Positions 9,501 through 23,300 of a DNA stretch of 60,000 nt are shown piece by piece. Under the pieces are notes generated by a model, which saw only the letters and a list, made by a program, of their open reading frames with translations, was not told the DNA's origin and searched no databases. The stretch is from Laetmonice hystrix (Eukaryota), in contig OZ249436.1 of assembly GCA_965235115.1 (NCBI GenBank), forward strand, positions 9,550,001 through 9,610,000. Reading direction: 5' to 3'. The position numbers were made by a program, and so were the translations under genes. Position 1 is the first letter of the stretch, and the number at the start of each line of letters is the position of its first letter.

Positions 9501-12500
9501 TTCCAACCTCTCTGTCATCTGTTTCTACTTGGGGATGGGATATCTGATATAGAAAGGCGAATAACGTCATTTGCCATTGTTAATTAAACCTTTACGGCAA
9601 ACATCCACTGGGTCTACCATACAACGTTGTCGGACGCTTACAGGTGGTGAGTAGGGGACACCGATTACATGGGGGTAAATGATGGACGAAACGGATGGCC
9701 TGCCTCCTGGACAATAAAGGCATGGAAACATGAAACATCAGGCGTCCCTATATTACTGGCCACAGTTGTCTAAAAGCAAACAGGACAGTGAGCCCCAAGA
9801 GTACAGGGAGGCCAAACAGTACAGTGAGGAGTCCCTACAAGGTACTGCTTTGCCTAATACCCAAGCAAACACTACAGTGAGGCCGAACAGTACAGTGAGG
9901 CCAAATACCATACTGTCAGGCCAAGCACTACGAGAGGCCAATCAATACTCTGGGAAGTCTCTACATCTTATCGGCTGGCCTACTACCCATGCAAACAGTT
10001 CATTGAGGTAGTGGTAATGAAAGATATAGGAGAGGGGCATCTAATGTTAAAATTTGGAGAAGATACTCAAATGGCAAGTAGACATATCACAACCGTTTAT
10101 CTATAGCGAACGTACGAGACCTATAGAGGTGACAGTTATACATCTCGCCTAACAATCATAATTTTGGGGGCGTAATTTCAATTTGACGTATCAAAAATGA
10201 AGCCATTTTTCGCTTATCATTGTCTCTCCCCTAAGCGCCAGAGGTGCCTGCCAGCCCGGCCACGTATAAGGTGGTGATTACATGGGTAGCCGCAAGATGG
10301 CAGTGCAGTCAGAGCGAGGCCGCTTCAGTACTGCACTCTGGTGTTTGCTTCCAACCTCTCTGTCATCTGTTTCTATTTGGGGATGGGATATCTGATATAG
10401 AAAGGCGAATAACGTCATTTGCCATTCTTAATTAAACCTTTACGGCAAACATCCACTGGGTCTACCATACAACGTTGTCGGACGCTTACAGGTGGTCAGT
10501 AGGTGACACAGATTACATGGGGGTAAATGATGGACGAAACGGATGGCCTGCCTCCTGGACCATAAAGGCATGGAAACATGAAACATGAGGCGGCCCTATA
10601 TTACTGGCCACAGTTGTATAGAAGCAAACAGGACAGTGAGCCCCAAGAGTACAGGGAGGCCAAACAGTACAGTGAGGAGTCCCTACAAGGTACTGCTTTG
10701 CCTAATACCCAAGCAAACACTACAGTGAGGCCGAACAGTACAGTGAGGCCAAATAGTATACTGTGAGGCCAAGCACTACGAGAGGCCAATCAATACTCTG
10801 GGAAGTCTCTACATCTTATCGGCTAGCCTACCACCCATGCAAACAGTTCAGTGAGGTAGTGGAAATGAAAGATATAGGCGAGGGGCATCTAATGTTAAAA
10901 TTTGGAGAAGATAATCAAATGGCAAGTAGACATATCACAACCGTTTATCTATAGCGAACGTACGAGACCTATAGAGGTGACAGTTATACATCTGGTCTAA
11001 CAATCATAATTTTGGGGGCGTAATTTCAATTTGACGTATCAAAAATGAAGCCATTTTTCGCTTATCATTGTCTCTCCCCTAAGCGCCATAGGTGCCTGCC
11101 AGCCCGGCCACGTATAAGGTGGTGATTACATGGGTAGCCGGAAGATGGCAGTGCAGTCAGAGCGAGGCCGCTTCAGTACTGCACTCTGGTGTTTGCTTCC
11201 AACCTCTCTGTCATCTGTTTCTATTTGGGGATGGGATATCTGATATAGAAAGGCGAATAACGTCATTTGCCAGTGTTAATTAAACCTTTAGGCAAACATC
11301 CACTGAGTCTACCATACAACGTTGTCGGACGCTTACAGGTGGTCAGCAGGGGACACAGATTACATGGGGGTAAATGATGGACGAAACGGATGGCCTGCCT
11401 CCTGGAGAATAAAGGCATGGAAACATGAAACATGAGGCGTCCCTATATTACTGGCTACAGTTGTATAGAAGCAAACAGTACAGTGATGCCTAAGAGTACA
11501 GGGAGGCTAAACAGTACAGTGAAGAATCCCTACAAGGTCCTGCATTGCCTAATACCCAAGCAAACACTAGAGTGAGGCCGAACAGTACAGTGAGGCCAAA
11601 TAGTATACTGTGAGGCCAAGCACTACGAGAGGCCAAGCAGTACTCTGGGAAGTCTCTACATCTTATCGGCTGGCCTACCACCCATGCAAACAGTTCAGTG
11701 TGGTAGTGGAAATAAAAGATATAGGAGAGGGGCATCTAAATGTTAAAATTTTGAGAAGATACTCAAATGGCAAGTAGACATATCACAACCGTTTATCTAT
11801 AGCGAACGTACGAGACCTATAGAGGTGACAGTTATACATCTGGCCTAACAATCATAATTTTAGGGGCGTAATTTCAATTTGACGTATCAAAAATGAAGCC
11901 ATTTTTCGCTTATCATTGTCTCTCCCCTAAGCGCCATAGGTGCCTGCCAGCCCAATCAGGTATAAGGTGCTGATTACATGGGTAGCCGGAAGATGGCAGT
12001 GCAGTCAGAGGGAGGCCGCTTCAGTACTGCACTCTGGTGTTTGCTTCCAACCTCTCTGTCATCTGTTTCTACTTGGGGATGGGATATCTGATATAGAAAG
12101 GCGAATAACGTCATTTGCCATTGTTAATTAAACCTTTACGGCAAACATCCACTGGGTCTACCATACAACGTTGTCGGACGCTTACAGGTGGTCAGTAGGG
12201 GACACAGATTACATGGGGGTAAATGATGGACGAAACGGATGGCCTGCCTCCTGGACAATAAAGGCATGGAAACATGAAACATGAGGCGTCCCTATATTAC
12301 TGTCCACAGTTGTATAGAAGCAAACAGGACAGTGAGCCCCAAGAGTACAGGGAGGTCAAACAGTACAGTGAAGAGTCCCTACAAGGTACTGCCTTGCCTA
12401 ATACCCAAGCAAACACTACAGTGAGGCCGAACGAGGCCAAGCACTACGAGAGGCCAATCAGCACTCTGGGAAGTCTCTACATCTTATCGGCTGGCCTACT

Positions 12501-12760
12501 ACCCATGCAAACAGTTCAGTGAGGTAGTGGAAATGAAAGATATAGGAGAGGGGCATCTAAATGTTAAAATTTGGAGAAGATACTCAAATGGCAAGTAGAC
12601 ATATCACAACCGTTTATCTATAGCGAACGTACGAGACCTATAGAGGTGACAGTTATACATCTGGCCTAACAATCATAATTTTGGGGGCGTAATTTCAATT
12701 TGACGTATCAAAAATGAAGCCATTTTTCGCTTATCATTGTCTCTCCCCTAAGCGCCATAG

Positions 12761-15700
12761 GTGCCTGCCAGCCCGGCCAGGTATAAGGTGGTGATTACAC
12801 GGGTAGCCGGAAGATGGCAGTGCAGTCAGAGGGAGGCCGCTTCAGTACTGCACTCTGGTGTTTGCTTCCAACCTCTCTGTCATCTGTTTGTATTTGGGGA
12901 TGGGATATCTGATATAGAAAGGCGAATAACGTCATTTGCCAGTGTTAATTAAACCTTTAGGCAAACATCCACTGAGTCTACCATACAACGTTGTCGGACG
13001 CTTACAGGTGGTCAGCAGGGGACACAGATTACATGGGGGTAAATGATGGACGAAACGGATGGCCTGCCTCCTGGACAATAAAGGCATGGAAACATGAAAC
13101 ATGAGGCGTCCCTATATTACTGGCTACAGTTGTATAGAAGCAAACAGTACAGTGATGCCTAAGAGTACAGGGAGGCTAAACAGTACAGTGAAGAATCCCT
13201 ACAAGGTCCTGCATTGCCTAATACCCAAGCAAACACTACAGTGAGGCCGAACAGTACAGTGAGGCCAAATAGTATACTGTGAGGCCAAGCACTACGAGAG
13301 GCCAATCAGTACTCTGGGAAGTCTCTACATCTTATCGGCTGGCCTACCACCCATGCAAACAGTTCAGTGAGGTAGTGGAAATAAAAGATATAGGAGAGGG
13401 GCATCTAAATGTTAAAATTTGGAGAAGATACTCAAATGGCAAGTAGACATATCACAACCGTTTATCTATAGCGAACGTACGAGACCTATAGAGGTGACAG
13501 TTATACATCTGGCCTAACAATCATAATTTTGGGGGCGTAATTTCAATTTGACGTATCAAAAATGAAGCCATTTTTCGCTTATCATTGTCTCTCCCCTAAG
13601 CGCCATAGGTGCCTGCCAGCCCAATCAGGTATAAGGTGCTGATTACATGGGTAGCCGGAAGATGGCAGTGCAGTCAGAGGGAGGCCGCTTCAGTACTGCA
13701 CTCTGGTGTTTGCTTCCAACCTCTCTGTCATCTGTTTCTACTTGGGGATGGGATATCTGATATAGAAAGGCGAATAACGTCATTTGCCATTGTTAATTAA
13801 ACCTTTACGGCAAACATCCACTGGGTCTACCATACAACGTTGTCGGACGCTTACAGGTGGTCAGTAGGGGACACAGATTACATGGGGGTAAATGATGGAC
13901 GAAACGGATGGCCTGCCTCCTGGACCATAAAGGCATGGAAACATGAAACATGAGGCGGCCCTATATTACTGGCCACAGTTGTATAGAAGCAAACAGGACA
14001 GTGAGCCCCAAGAGTACAGGGAGGCCAAACAGTACAGTGAGGAGTCCCTACAAGGTACTGCTTTGCCTAATACCCAAGCAAACACTACAGTGAGGCCGAA
14101 CAGTACAGTGAGGCCAAATAGTATACTGTGAGGCCAAGCACTACGAGAGGCCAATCAATACTCTGGGAAGTCTCTACATCTTATCGGCTAGCCTACCACC
14201 CATGCAAACAGTTCAGTGAGGTAGTGGAAATGAAAGATATAGGCGAGGGGCATCTAATGTTAAAATTTGGAGAAGATAATCAAATGGCAAGTAGACATAT
14301 CACAACCGTTTATCTATAGCGAACGTACGAGACCTATAGAGGTGACAGTTATACATCTGGTCTAACAATCATAATTTTGGGGGCGTAATTTCAATTTGAC
14401 GTATCAAAAATGAAGCCATTTTTCGCTTATCATTGTCTCTCCCCTAAGCGCCATAGGTGCCTGCCAGCCCGGCCACGTATAAGGTGGTGATTACATGGGT
14501 AGCCGGAAGATGGCAGTGCAGTCAGAGCGAGGCCGCTTCAGTACTGCACTCTGGTGTTTGCTTCCAACCTCTCTGTCATCTGTTTCTATTTGGGGATGGG
14601 ATATCTGATATAGAAAGGCGAATAACGTCATTTGCCAGTGTTAATTAAACCTTTAGGCAAACATCCACTGAGTCTACCATACAACGTTGTCGGACGCTTA
14701 CAGGTGGTCAGCAGGGGACACAGATTACATGGGGGTAAATGATGGACGAAACGGATGGCCTGCCTCCTGGACAATAAAGGCATGGAAACATGAAACATGA
14801 GGCGTCCCTATATTACTGGCTACAGTTGTATAGAAGCAAACAGTACAGTGATGCCTAAGAGTACAGGGAGGCTAAACAGTACAGTGAAGAATCCCTACAA
14901 GGTCCTGCATTGCCTAATACCCAAGCAAACACTACAGTGAGGCCGAACAGTACAGTGAGGCCAAATAGTATACTGTGAGGCCAAGCACTACGAGAGGCCA
15001 ATCAGTACTCTGGGAAGTCTCTACATCTTATCGGCTGGCCTACCACCCATGCAAACAGTTCAGTGAGGTAGTGGAAATAAAAGATATAGGAGAGGGGCAT
15101 CTAAATGTTAAAATTTGGAGAAGATACTCAAATGGCAAGTAGACATATCACAACCGTTTATCTATAGCGAACGTACGAGACCTATAGAGGTGACAGTTAT
15201 ACATCTGGCCTAACAATCATAATTTTGGGGGCGTAATTTCAATTTGACGTATCAAAAATGAAGCCATTTTTCGCTTATCATTGTCTCTCCCCTAAGCGCC
15301 ATAGGTGCCTGCCAGCCCAATCAGGTATAAGGTGCTGATTACATGGGTAGCCGGAAGATGGCAGTGCAGTCAGAGGGAGGCCGCTTCAGTACTGCACTCT
15401 GGTGTTTGCTTCCAACCTCTCTGTCATCTGTTTCTACTTGGGGATGGGATATCTGATATAGAAAGGCGAATAACGTCATTTGCCATTGTTAATTAAACCT
15501 TTACGGCAAACATCCACTGGGTCTACCATACAACGTTGTCGGACGCTTACAGGTGGTCAGTAGGGGACACAGATTACATGGGGGTAAATGATGGACGAAA
15601 CGGATGGCCTGCCTCCTGGACAATAAAGGCATGGAAACATGAAACATGAGGCGTCCCTATATTACTGTCCACAGTTGTATAGAAGCAAACAGGACAGTGA

Positions 15701-18700
15701 GCCCCAAGAGTACAGGGAGGTCAAACAGTACAGTGAAGAGTCCCTACAAGGTACTGCCTTGCCTAATACCCAAGCAAACACTACAGTGAGGCCGAACGAG
15801 GCCAAGCACTACGAGAGGCCAATCAGCACTCTGGGAAGTCTCTACATCTTATCGGCTGGCCTACTACCCATGCAACCAGTTCAGTGAGGTAGTGGAAATG
15901 AAAGATATAGGAGAGGGGCATCTAAATGTTAAAATTTGGAGAAGATACTCAAATGGCAAGTAGACATATCACAACCGTTTATCTATAGCGAACGTACGAG
16001 ACCTATAGAGGTGACAGTTATACATCTGGCCTAACAATCATAATTTTGGGGGCGTAATTTCAATTTGACGTATCAAAAATGAAGCCATTTTTCGCTTATC
16101 ATTGTCTCTCCCCTAAGCGCCATAGGTGCCTGCCAGCCCGGCCAGGTATAAGGTGGTGATTACACGGGTAGCCGGAAGATGGCAGTGCAGTCAGAGGGAG
16201 GCCGCTTCAGTACTGCACTCTGGTGTTTGCTTCCAACCTCTCTGTCATCTGTTTCTACTTGGGGATGGGATATCTGATATAGAAAGGCGAATAACGTCAT
16301 TTGCCATTCTTAATTAAACCTTTACGGCAAACATCCACTGGGTCTACCATACAACGTTGTCGGACGCTTACAGGTGGTGAGTAGGGGACACCGATTACAT
16401 GGGGGTAAATGATGGACGAAACGGATGGCCTGCCTCCTGGACAATAAAGGCATGGAAACATGAAACATCAGGCGTCCCTATATTACTGGCCACAGTTGTC
16501 TAAAAGCAAACAGGACAGTGAGCCCCAAGAGTACAGGGAGGCCAAACAGTACAGTGAGGAGTCCCTACAAGGTACTGCTTTGCCTAATACCCAAGCAAAC
16601 ACTACAGTGAGGCCGAACAGTACAGTGAGGCCAAATAGCATACTGTCAGGCCAAGCACTACGAGAGGCCAATCAGCACTCTGGGAAGTCTCTACATCTTA
16701 TCGGCTGGCCTACTACCCATGCAAACAGTTCAGTGAGGTAGTGGAAATGAAAGATATAGGAGAGGGGCATCTAAATGTTAAAATTTGGAGAAGATACTCA
16801 AATGGCAAGTAGACATATCACAACCGTTTATCTATAGCGAACGTACGAGACCTATAGAGGTGACAGTTATACATCTGGCCTAACAATCATAATTTTGGGG
16901 GCGTAATTTCAATTTGACGTATCAAAAATGAAGCCATTTTTCGCTTATCATTGTCTCTCCCCTAAGCGCCATAGGTGCCTGCCAGCCCGGCCAGGTATAA
17001 GGTGGTGATTACACGGGTAGCCGGAAGATGGCAGTGCAGTCAGAGGGAGGCCGCTTCAGTACTGCACTCTGGTGTTTGCTTCCAACCTCTCTGTCATCTG
17101 TTTCTACTTGGGGATGGGATATCTGATATAGAAAGGCGAATAACGTCATTTGCCATTCTTAATTAAACCTTTACGGCAAACATCCACTGGGTCTACCATA
17201 CAACGTTGTCGGACGCTTACAGGTGGTGAGTAGGGGACACCGATTACATGGGGGTAAATGATGGACGAAACGGATGGCCTGCCTCCTGGACAATAAAGGC
17301 ATGGAAACATGAAACATCAGGCGTCCCTATATTACTGGCCACAGTTGTCTAAAAGCAAACAGGACAGTGAGCCCCAAGAGTACAGGGAGGCCAAACAGTA
17401 CAGTGAAGAATCCCTACAAGGTCCTGCATTGCCTAATACCCAAGCAAACACTACAGTGAGGCCGAACAGTACAGTGAGGCCAAATAGTATACTGTGAGGC
17501 CAAGCACTACGAGAGGCCAATCAGTACTCTGGGAAGTCTCTACATCTTATCGGCTGGCCTACCACCCATGCAAACAGTTCAGTGAGGTAGTGGAAATAAA
17601 AGATATAGGAGAGGGGCATCTAAATGTTAAAATTTGGAGAAGATACTCAAATGGCAAGTAGACATATCACAACCGTTTATCTATAGCGAACGTACGAGAC
17701 CTATAGAGGTGACAGTTATACATCTGGCCTAACAATCATAATTTTGGGGGCGTAATTTCAATTTGACGTATCAAAAATGAAGCCATTTTTCGCTTATCAT
17801 TGTCTCTCCCCTAAGCGCCATAGGTGCCTGCCAGCCCAATCAGGTATAAGGTGCTGATTACATGGGTAGCCGGAAGATGGCAGTGCAGTCAGAGGGAGGC
17901 CGCTTCAGTACTGCACTCTGGTGTTTGCTTCCAACCTCTCTGTCATCTGTTTCTACTTGGGGATGGGATATCTGATATAGAAAGGCGAATAACGTCATTT
18001 GCCATTGTTAATTAAACCTTTACGGCAAACATCCACTGGGTCTACCATACAACGTTGTCGGACGCTTACAGGTGGTCAGTAGGGGACACAGATTACATGG
18101 GGGTAAATGATGGACGAAACGGATGGCCTGCCTCCTGGACCATAAAGGCATGGAAACATGAAACATGAGGCGGCCCTATATTACTGGCCACAGTTGTATA
18201 GAAGCAAACAGGACAGTGAGCCCCAAGAGTACAGGGAGGCCAAACAGTACAGTGAGGAGTCCCTACAAGGTACTGCTTTGCCTAATACCCAAGCAAACAC
18301 TACAGTGAGGCCGAACAGTACAGTGAGGCCAAATAGTATACTGTGAGGCCAAGCACTACGAGAGGCCAATCAATACTCTGGGAAGTCTCTACATCTTATC
18401 GGCTAGCCTACCACCCATGCAAACAGTTCATTGAGGTAGTGGAAATGAAAGATATAGGCGAGGGGCATCTAATGTTAAAATTTGGAGAAGATAATCAAAT
18501 GGCAAGTAGACATATCACAACCGTTTATCTATAGCGAACGTACGAGACCTATAGAGGTGACAGTTATACATCTGGTCTAACAATCATAATTTTGGGGGCG
18601 TAATTTCAATTTGACGTATCAAAAATGAAGCCATTTTTCGCTTATCATTGTCTCTCCCCTAAGCGCCATAGGTGCCTGCCAGCCCGGCCACGTATAAGGT

Positions 18701-20341
18701 GGTGATTACATGGGTAGCCGGAAGATGGCAGTGCAGTCAGAGCGAGGCCGCTTCAGTACTGCACTCTGGTGTTTGCTTCCAACCTCTCTGTCATCTGTTT
18801 CTACTTGGGGATGGGATATCTGATATAGAAAGGCGAATAACGTCATTTGCCATTGTTAATTAAACCTTTACGGCAAACATCCACTGGGTCTACCATACAA
18901 CGTTGTCGGACGCTTACAGGTGGTCAGTAGGTGACACAGATTACATGGGGGTAAATGATGGACGAAACGGATGGCCTGCCTCCTGGACAATAAAGGCATG
19001 GAAACATGAAACATGAGGCGTCCCTATATTACTGTCCACAGTTGTATAGAAGCAAACAGGACAGTGAGCCCCAAGAGTACAGGGAGGTCAAACAGTACAG
19101 TGAAGAGTCCCTACAAGGTACTGCCTTGCCTAATACCCAAGCAAACACTACAGTGAGGCCGAACGAGGCCAAGCACTACGAGAGGCCAATCAGCACTCTG
19201 GGAAGTCTCTACATCTTATCGGCTGGCCTACTACCCATGCAACCAGTTCAGTGAGGTAGTGGAAATGAAAGATATAGGAGAGGGGCATCTAAATGTTAAA
19301 ATTTGGAGAAGATACTCAAATGGCAAGTAGACATATCACAACCGTTTATCTATAGCGAACGTACGAGACCTATAGAGGTGACAGTTATACATCTGGCCTA
19401 ACAATCATAATTTTGGGGGCGTAATTTCAATTTGACGTATCAAAAATGAAGCCATTTTTCGCTTATCATTGTCTCTCCCCTAAGCGCCATAGGTGCCTGC
19501 CAGCCCGGCCAGGTATAAGGTGGTGATTACACGGGTAGCCGGAAGATGGCAGTGCAGTCAGAGGGAGGCCGCTTCAGTACTGCACTCTGGTGTTTGCTTC
19601 CAACCTCTCTGTCATCTGTTTCTACTTGGGGATGGGATATCTGATATAGAAAGGCGAATAACGTCATTTGCCATTCTTAATTAAACCTTTACGGCAAACA
19701 TCCACTGGGTCTACCATACAACGTTGTCGGACGCTTACAGGTGGTGAGTAGGGGACACCGATTACATGGGGGTAAATGATGGACGAAACGGATGGCCTGC
19801 CTCCTGGACAATAAAGGCATGGAAACATGAAACATCAGGCGTCCCTATATTACTGGCCACAGTTGTCTAAAAGCAAACAGGACAGTGAGCCCCAAGAGTA
19901 CAGGGAGGCCAAACAGTACAGTGAGGAGTCCCTACAAGGTACTGCTTTGCCTAATACCCAAGCAAACACTACAGTGAGGCCGAACAGTACAGTGAGGCCA
20001 AATAGCATACTGTCAGGCCAAGCACTACGAGAGGCCAATCAGCACTCTGGGAAGTCTCTACATCTTATCGGCTGGCCTACTACCCATGCAAACAGTTCAG
20101 TGAGGTAGTGGAAATGAAAGATATAGGAGAGGGGCATCTAAATGTTAAAATTTGGAGAAGATACTCAAATGGCAAGAAGACATATCACAACCGTTTATCT
20201 ATAGCGAACGTACGAGACCTATAGAGGTGACAGTTATACATCTGGCCTAACAATCATAATTTTGGGGGCGTAATTTCAATTTGACGTATCAAAAATGAAG
20301 CCATTTTTCGCTTATCATTGTCTCTCCCCTAAGCGCCATAG
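12761..20341. repeat. Disordered zone rich in chimeric monomers
   Basis: Order is A/C (12761), D/B (13609), C, D, A/D (16126), A/C (16975), D/B (17824), B-or-C/D (18672), A/D (19493), judged from diagnostic bases switching type within a monomer. Confidence 0.85.
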
Positions 20342-23300
20342 GTGCCTGCCAGCCCGGCCAGGTATAAGGTGGTGATTACACGGGTAGCCGGAAGATGGCA
20401 GTGCAGTCAGAGGGAGGCCGCTTCAGTACTGCACTCTGGTGTTTGCTTCCAACCTCTCTGTCATCTGTTTCTACTTGGGGATGGGATATCTGATATAGAA
20501 AGGCGAATAACGTCATTTGCCATTCTTAATTAAACCTTTACGGCAAACATCCACTGGGTCTACCATACAACGTTGTCGGACGCTTACAGGTGGTGAGTAG
20601 GGGACACCGATTACATGGGGGTAAATGATGGACGAAACGGATGGCCTGCTTCCTGGACAATAAAGGCATGGAAACATGAAACATCAGGCGTCCCTATATT
20701 ACTGGCCACAGTTGTCTAAAAGCAAACAGGACAGTGAGCCCCAAGAGTACAGGGAGGCCAAACAGTACAGTGAGGAGTCCCTACAAGGTACTGCTTTGCC
20801 TAATACCCAAGCAAACACTACAGTGAGGCCGAACAGTACAGTGAGGCCAAATAGCATACTGTCAGGCCAAGCACTACGAGAGGCCAATCAGCACTCTGGG
20901 AAGTCTCTACATCTTATCGGCTGGCCTACTACCCATGCAAACAGTTCATTGAGGTAGTGGTAATGAAAGATATAGGAGAGGGGCATCTAATGTTAAAATT
21001 TGGAGAAGATACTCAAATGGCAAGTAGACATATCACAACCGTTTATCTATAGCGAACGTACGAGACCTATAGAGGTGACAGTTATACATCTGGCCTAACA
21101 ATCATAATTTTGGGGGCGTAATTTCAATTTGACGTATCAAAAATGAAGCCATTTTTCGCTTATCATTGTCTCTCCCCTAAGCGCCAGAGGTGCCTGCCAG
21201 CCCGGCCACGTATAAGGTGGTGATTACATGGGTAGCCGCAAGATGGCAGTGCAGTCAGAGCGAGGCCGCTTCAGTACTGCACTCTGGTGTTTGCTTCCAA
21301 CCTCTCTGTCATCTGTTTCTATTTGGGGATGGGATATCTGATATAGAAAGGCGAATAACGTCATTTGCCATTCTTAATTAAACCTTTACGGCAAACATCC
21401 ACTGGGTCTACCATACAACGTTGTCGGACGCTTACAGGTGGTCAGTAGGTGACACAGATTACATGGGGGTAAATGATGGACGAAACGGATGGCCTGCCTC
21501 CTGGACCATAAAGGCATGGAAACATGAAACATGAGGCGGCCCTATATTACTGGCCACAGTTGTATAGAAGCAAACAGGACAGTGAGCCCCAAGAGTACAG
21601 GGAGGCCAAACAGTACAGTGAGGAGTCCCTACAAGGTACTGCTTTGCCTAATACCCAAGCAAACACTACAGTGAGGCCGAACAGTACAGTGAGGCCAAAT
21701 AGTATACTGTGAGGCCAAGCACTACGAGAGGCCAATCAATACTCTGGGAAGTCTCTACATCTTATCGGCTAGCCTACCACCCATGCAAACAGTTCAGTGA
21801 GGTAGTGGAAATGAAAGATATAGGCGAGGGGCATCTAATGTTAAAATTTGGAGAAGATAATCAAATGGCAAGTAGACATATCACAACCGTTTATCTATAG
21901 CGAACGTACGAGACCTATAGAGGTGACAGTTATACATCTGGTCTAACAATCATAATTTTGGGGGCGTAATTTCAATTTGACGTATCAAAAATGAAGCCAT
22001 TTTTCGCTTATCATTGTCTCTCCCCTAAGCGCCATAGGTGCCTGCCAGCCCGGCCACGTATAAGGTGGTGATTACATGGGTAGCCGGAAGATGGCAGTGC
22101 AGTCAGAGCGAGGCCGCTTCAGTACTGCACTCTGGTGTTTGCTTCCAACCTCTCTGTCATCTGTTTCTATTTGGGGATGGGATATCTGATATAGAAAGGC
22201 GAATAACGTCATTTGCCAGTGTTAATTAAACCTTTAGGCAAACATCCACTGAGTCTACCATACAACGTTGTCGGACGCTTACAGGTGGTCAGCAGGGGAC
22301 ACAGATTACATGGGGGTAAATGATGGACGAAACGGATGGCCTGCCTCCTGGACAATAAAGGCATGGAAACATGAAACATGAGGCGTCCCTATATTACTGG
22401 CTACAGTTGTATAGAAGCAAACAGTACAGTGATGCCTAAGAGTACAGGGAGGCTAAACAGTACAGTGAAGAATCCCTACAAGGTCCTGCATTGCCTAATA
22501 CCCAAGCAAACACTACAGTGAGGCCGAACAGTACAGTGAGGCCAAATAGTATACTGTGAGGCCAAGCACTACGAGAGGCCAATCAGTACTCTGGGAAGTC
22601 TCTACATCTTATCGGCTGGCCTACCACCCATGCAAACAGTTCAGTGTGGTAGTGGAAATAAAAGATATAGGAGAGGGGCATCTAAATGTTAAAATTTGGA
22701 GAAGATACTCAAATGGCAAGTAGACATATCACAACCGTTTATCTATAGCGAACGTACGAGACCTATAGAGGTGACAGTTATACATCTGGCCTAACAATCA
22801 TAATTTTGGGGGCGTAATTTCAATTTGACGTATCAAAAATGAAGCCATTTTTCGCTTATCATTGTCTCTCCCCTAAGCGCCATAGGTGCCTGCCAGCCCA
22901 ATCAGGTATAAGGTGCTGATTACATGGGTAGCCGGAAGATGGCAGTGCAGTCAGAGGGAGGCCGCTTCAGTACTGCACTCTGGTGTTTGCTTCCAACCTC
23001 TCTGTCATCTGTTTCTACTTGGGGATGGGATATCTGATATAGAAAGGCGAATAACGTCATTTGCCATTGTTAATTAAACCTTTACGGCAAACATCCACTG
23101 GGTCTACCATACAACGTTGTCGGACGCTTACAGGTGGTCAGTAGGGGACACAGATTACATGGGGGTAAATGATGGACGAAACGGATGGCCTGCCTCCTGG
23201 ACAATAAAGGCATGGAAACATGAAACATGAGGCGTCCCTATATTACTGTCCACAGTTGTATAGAAGCAAACAGGACAGTGAGCCCCAAGAGTACAGGGAG

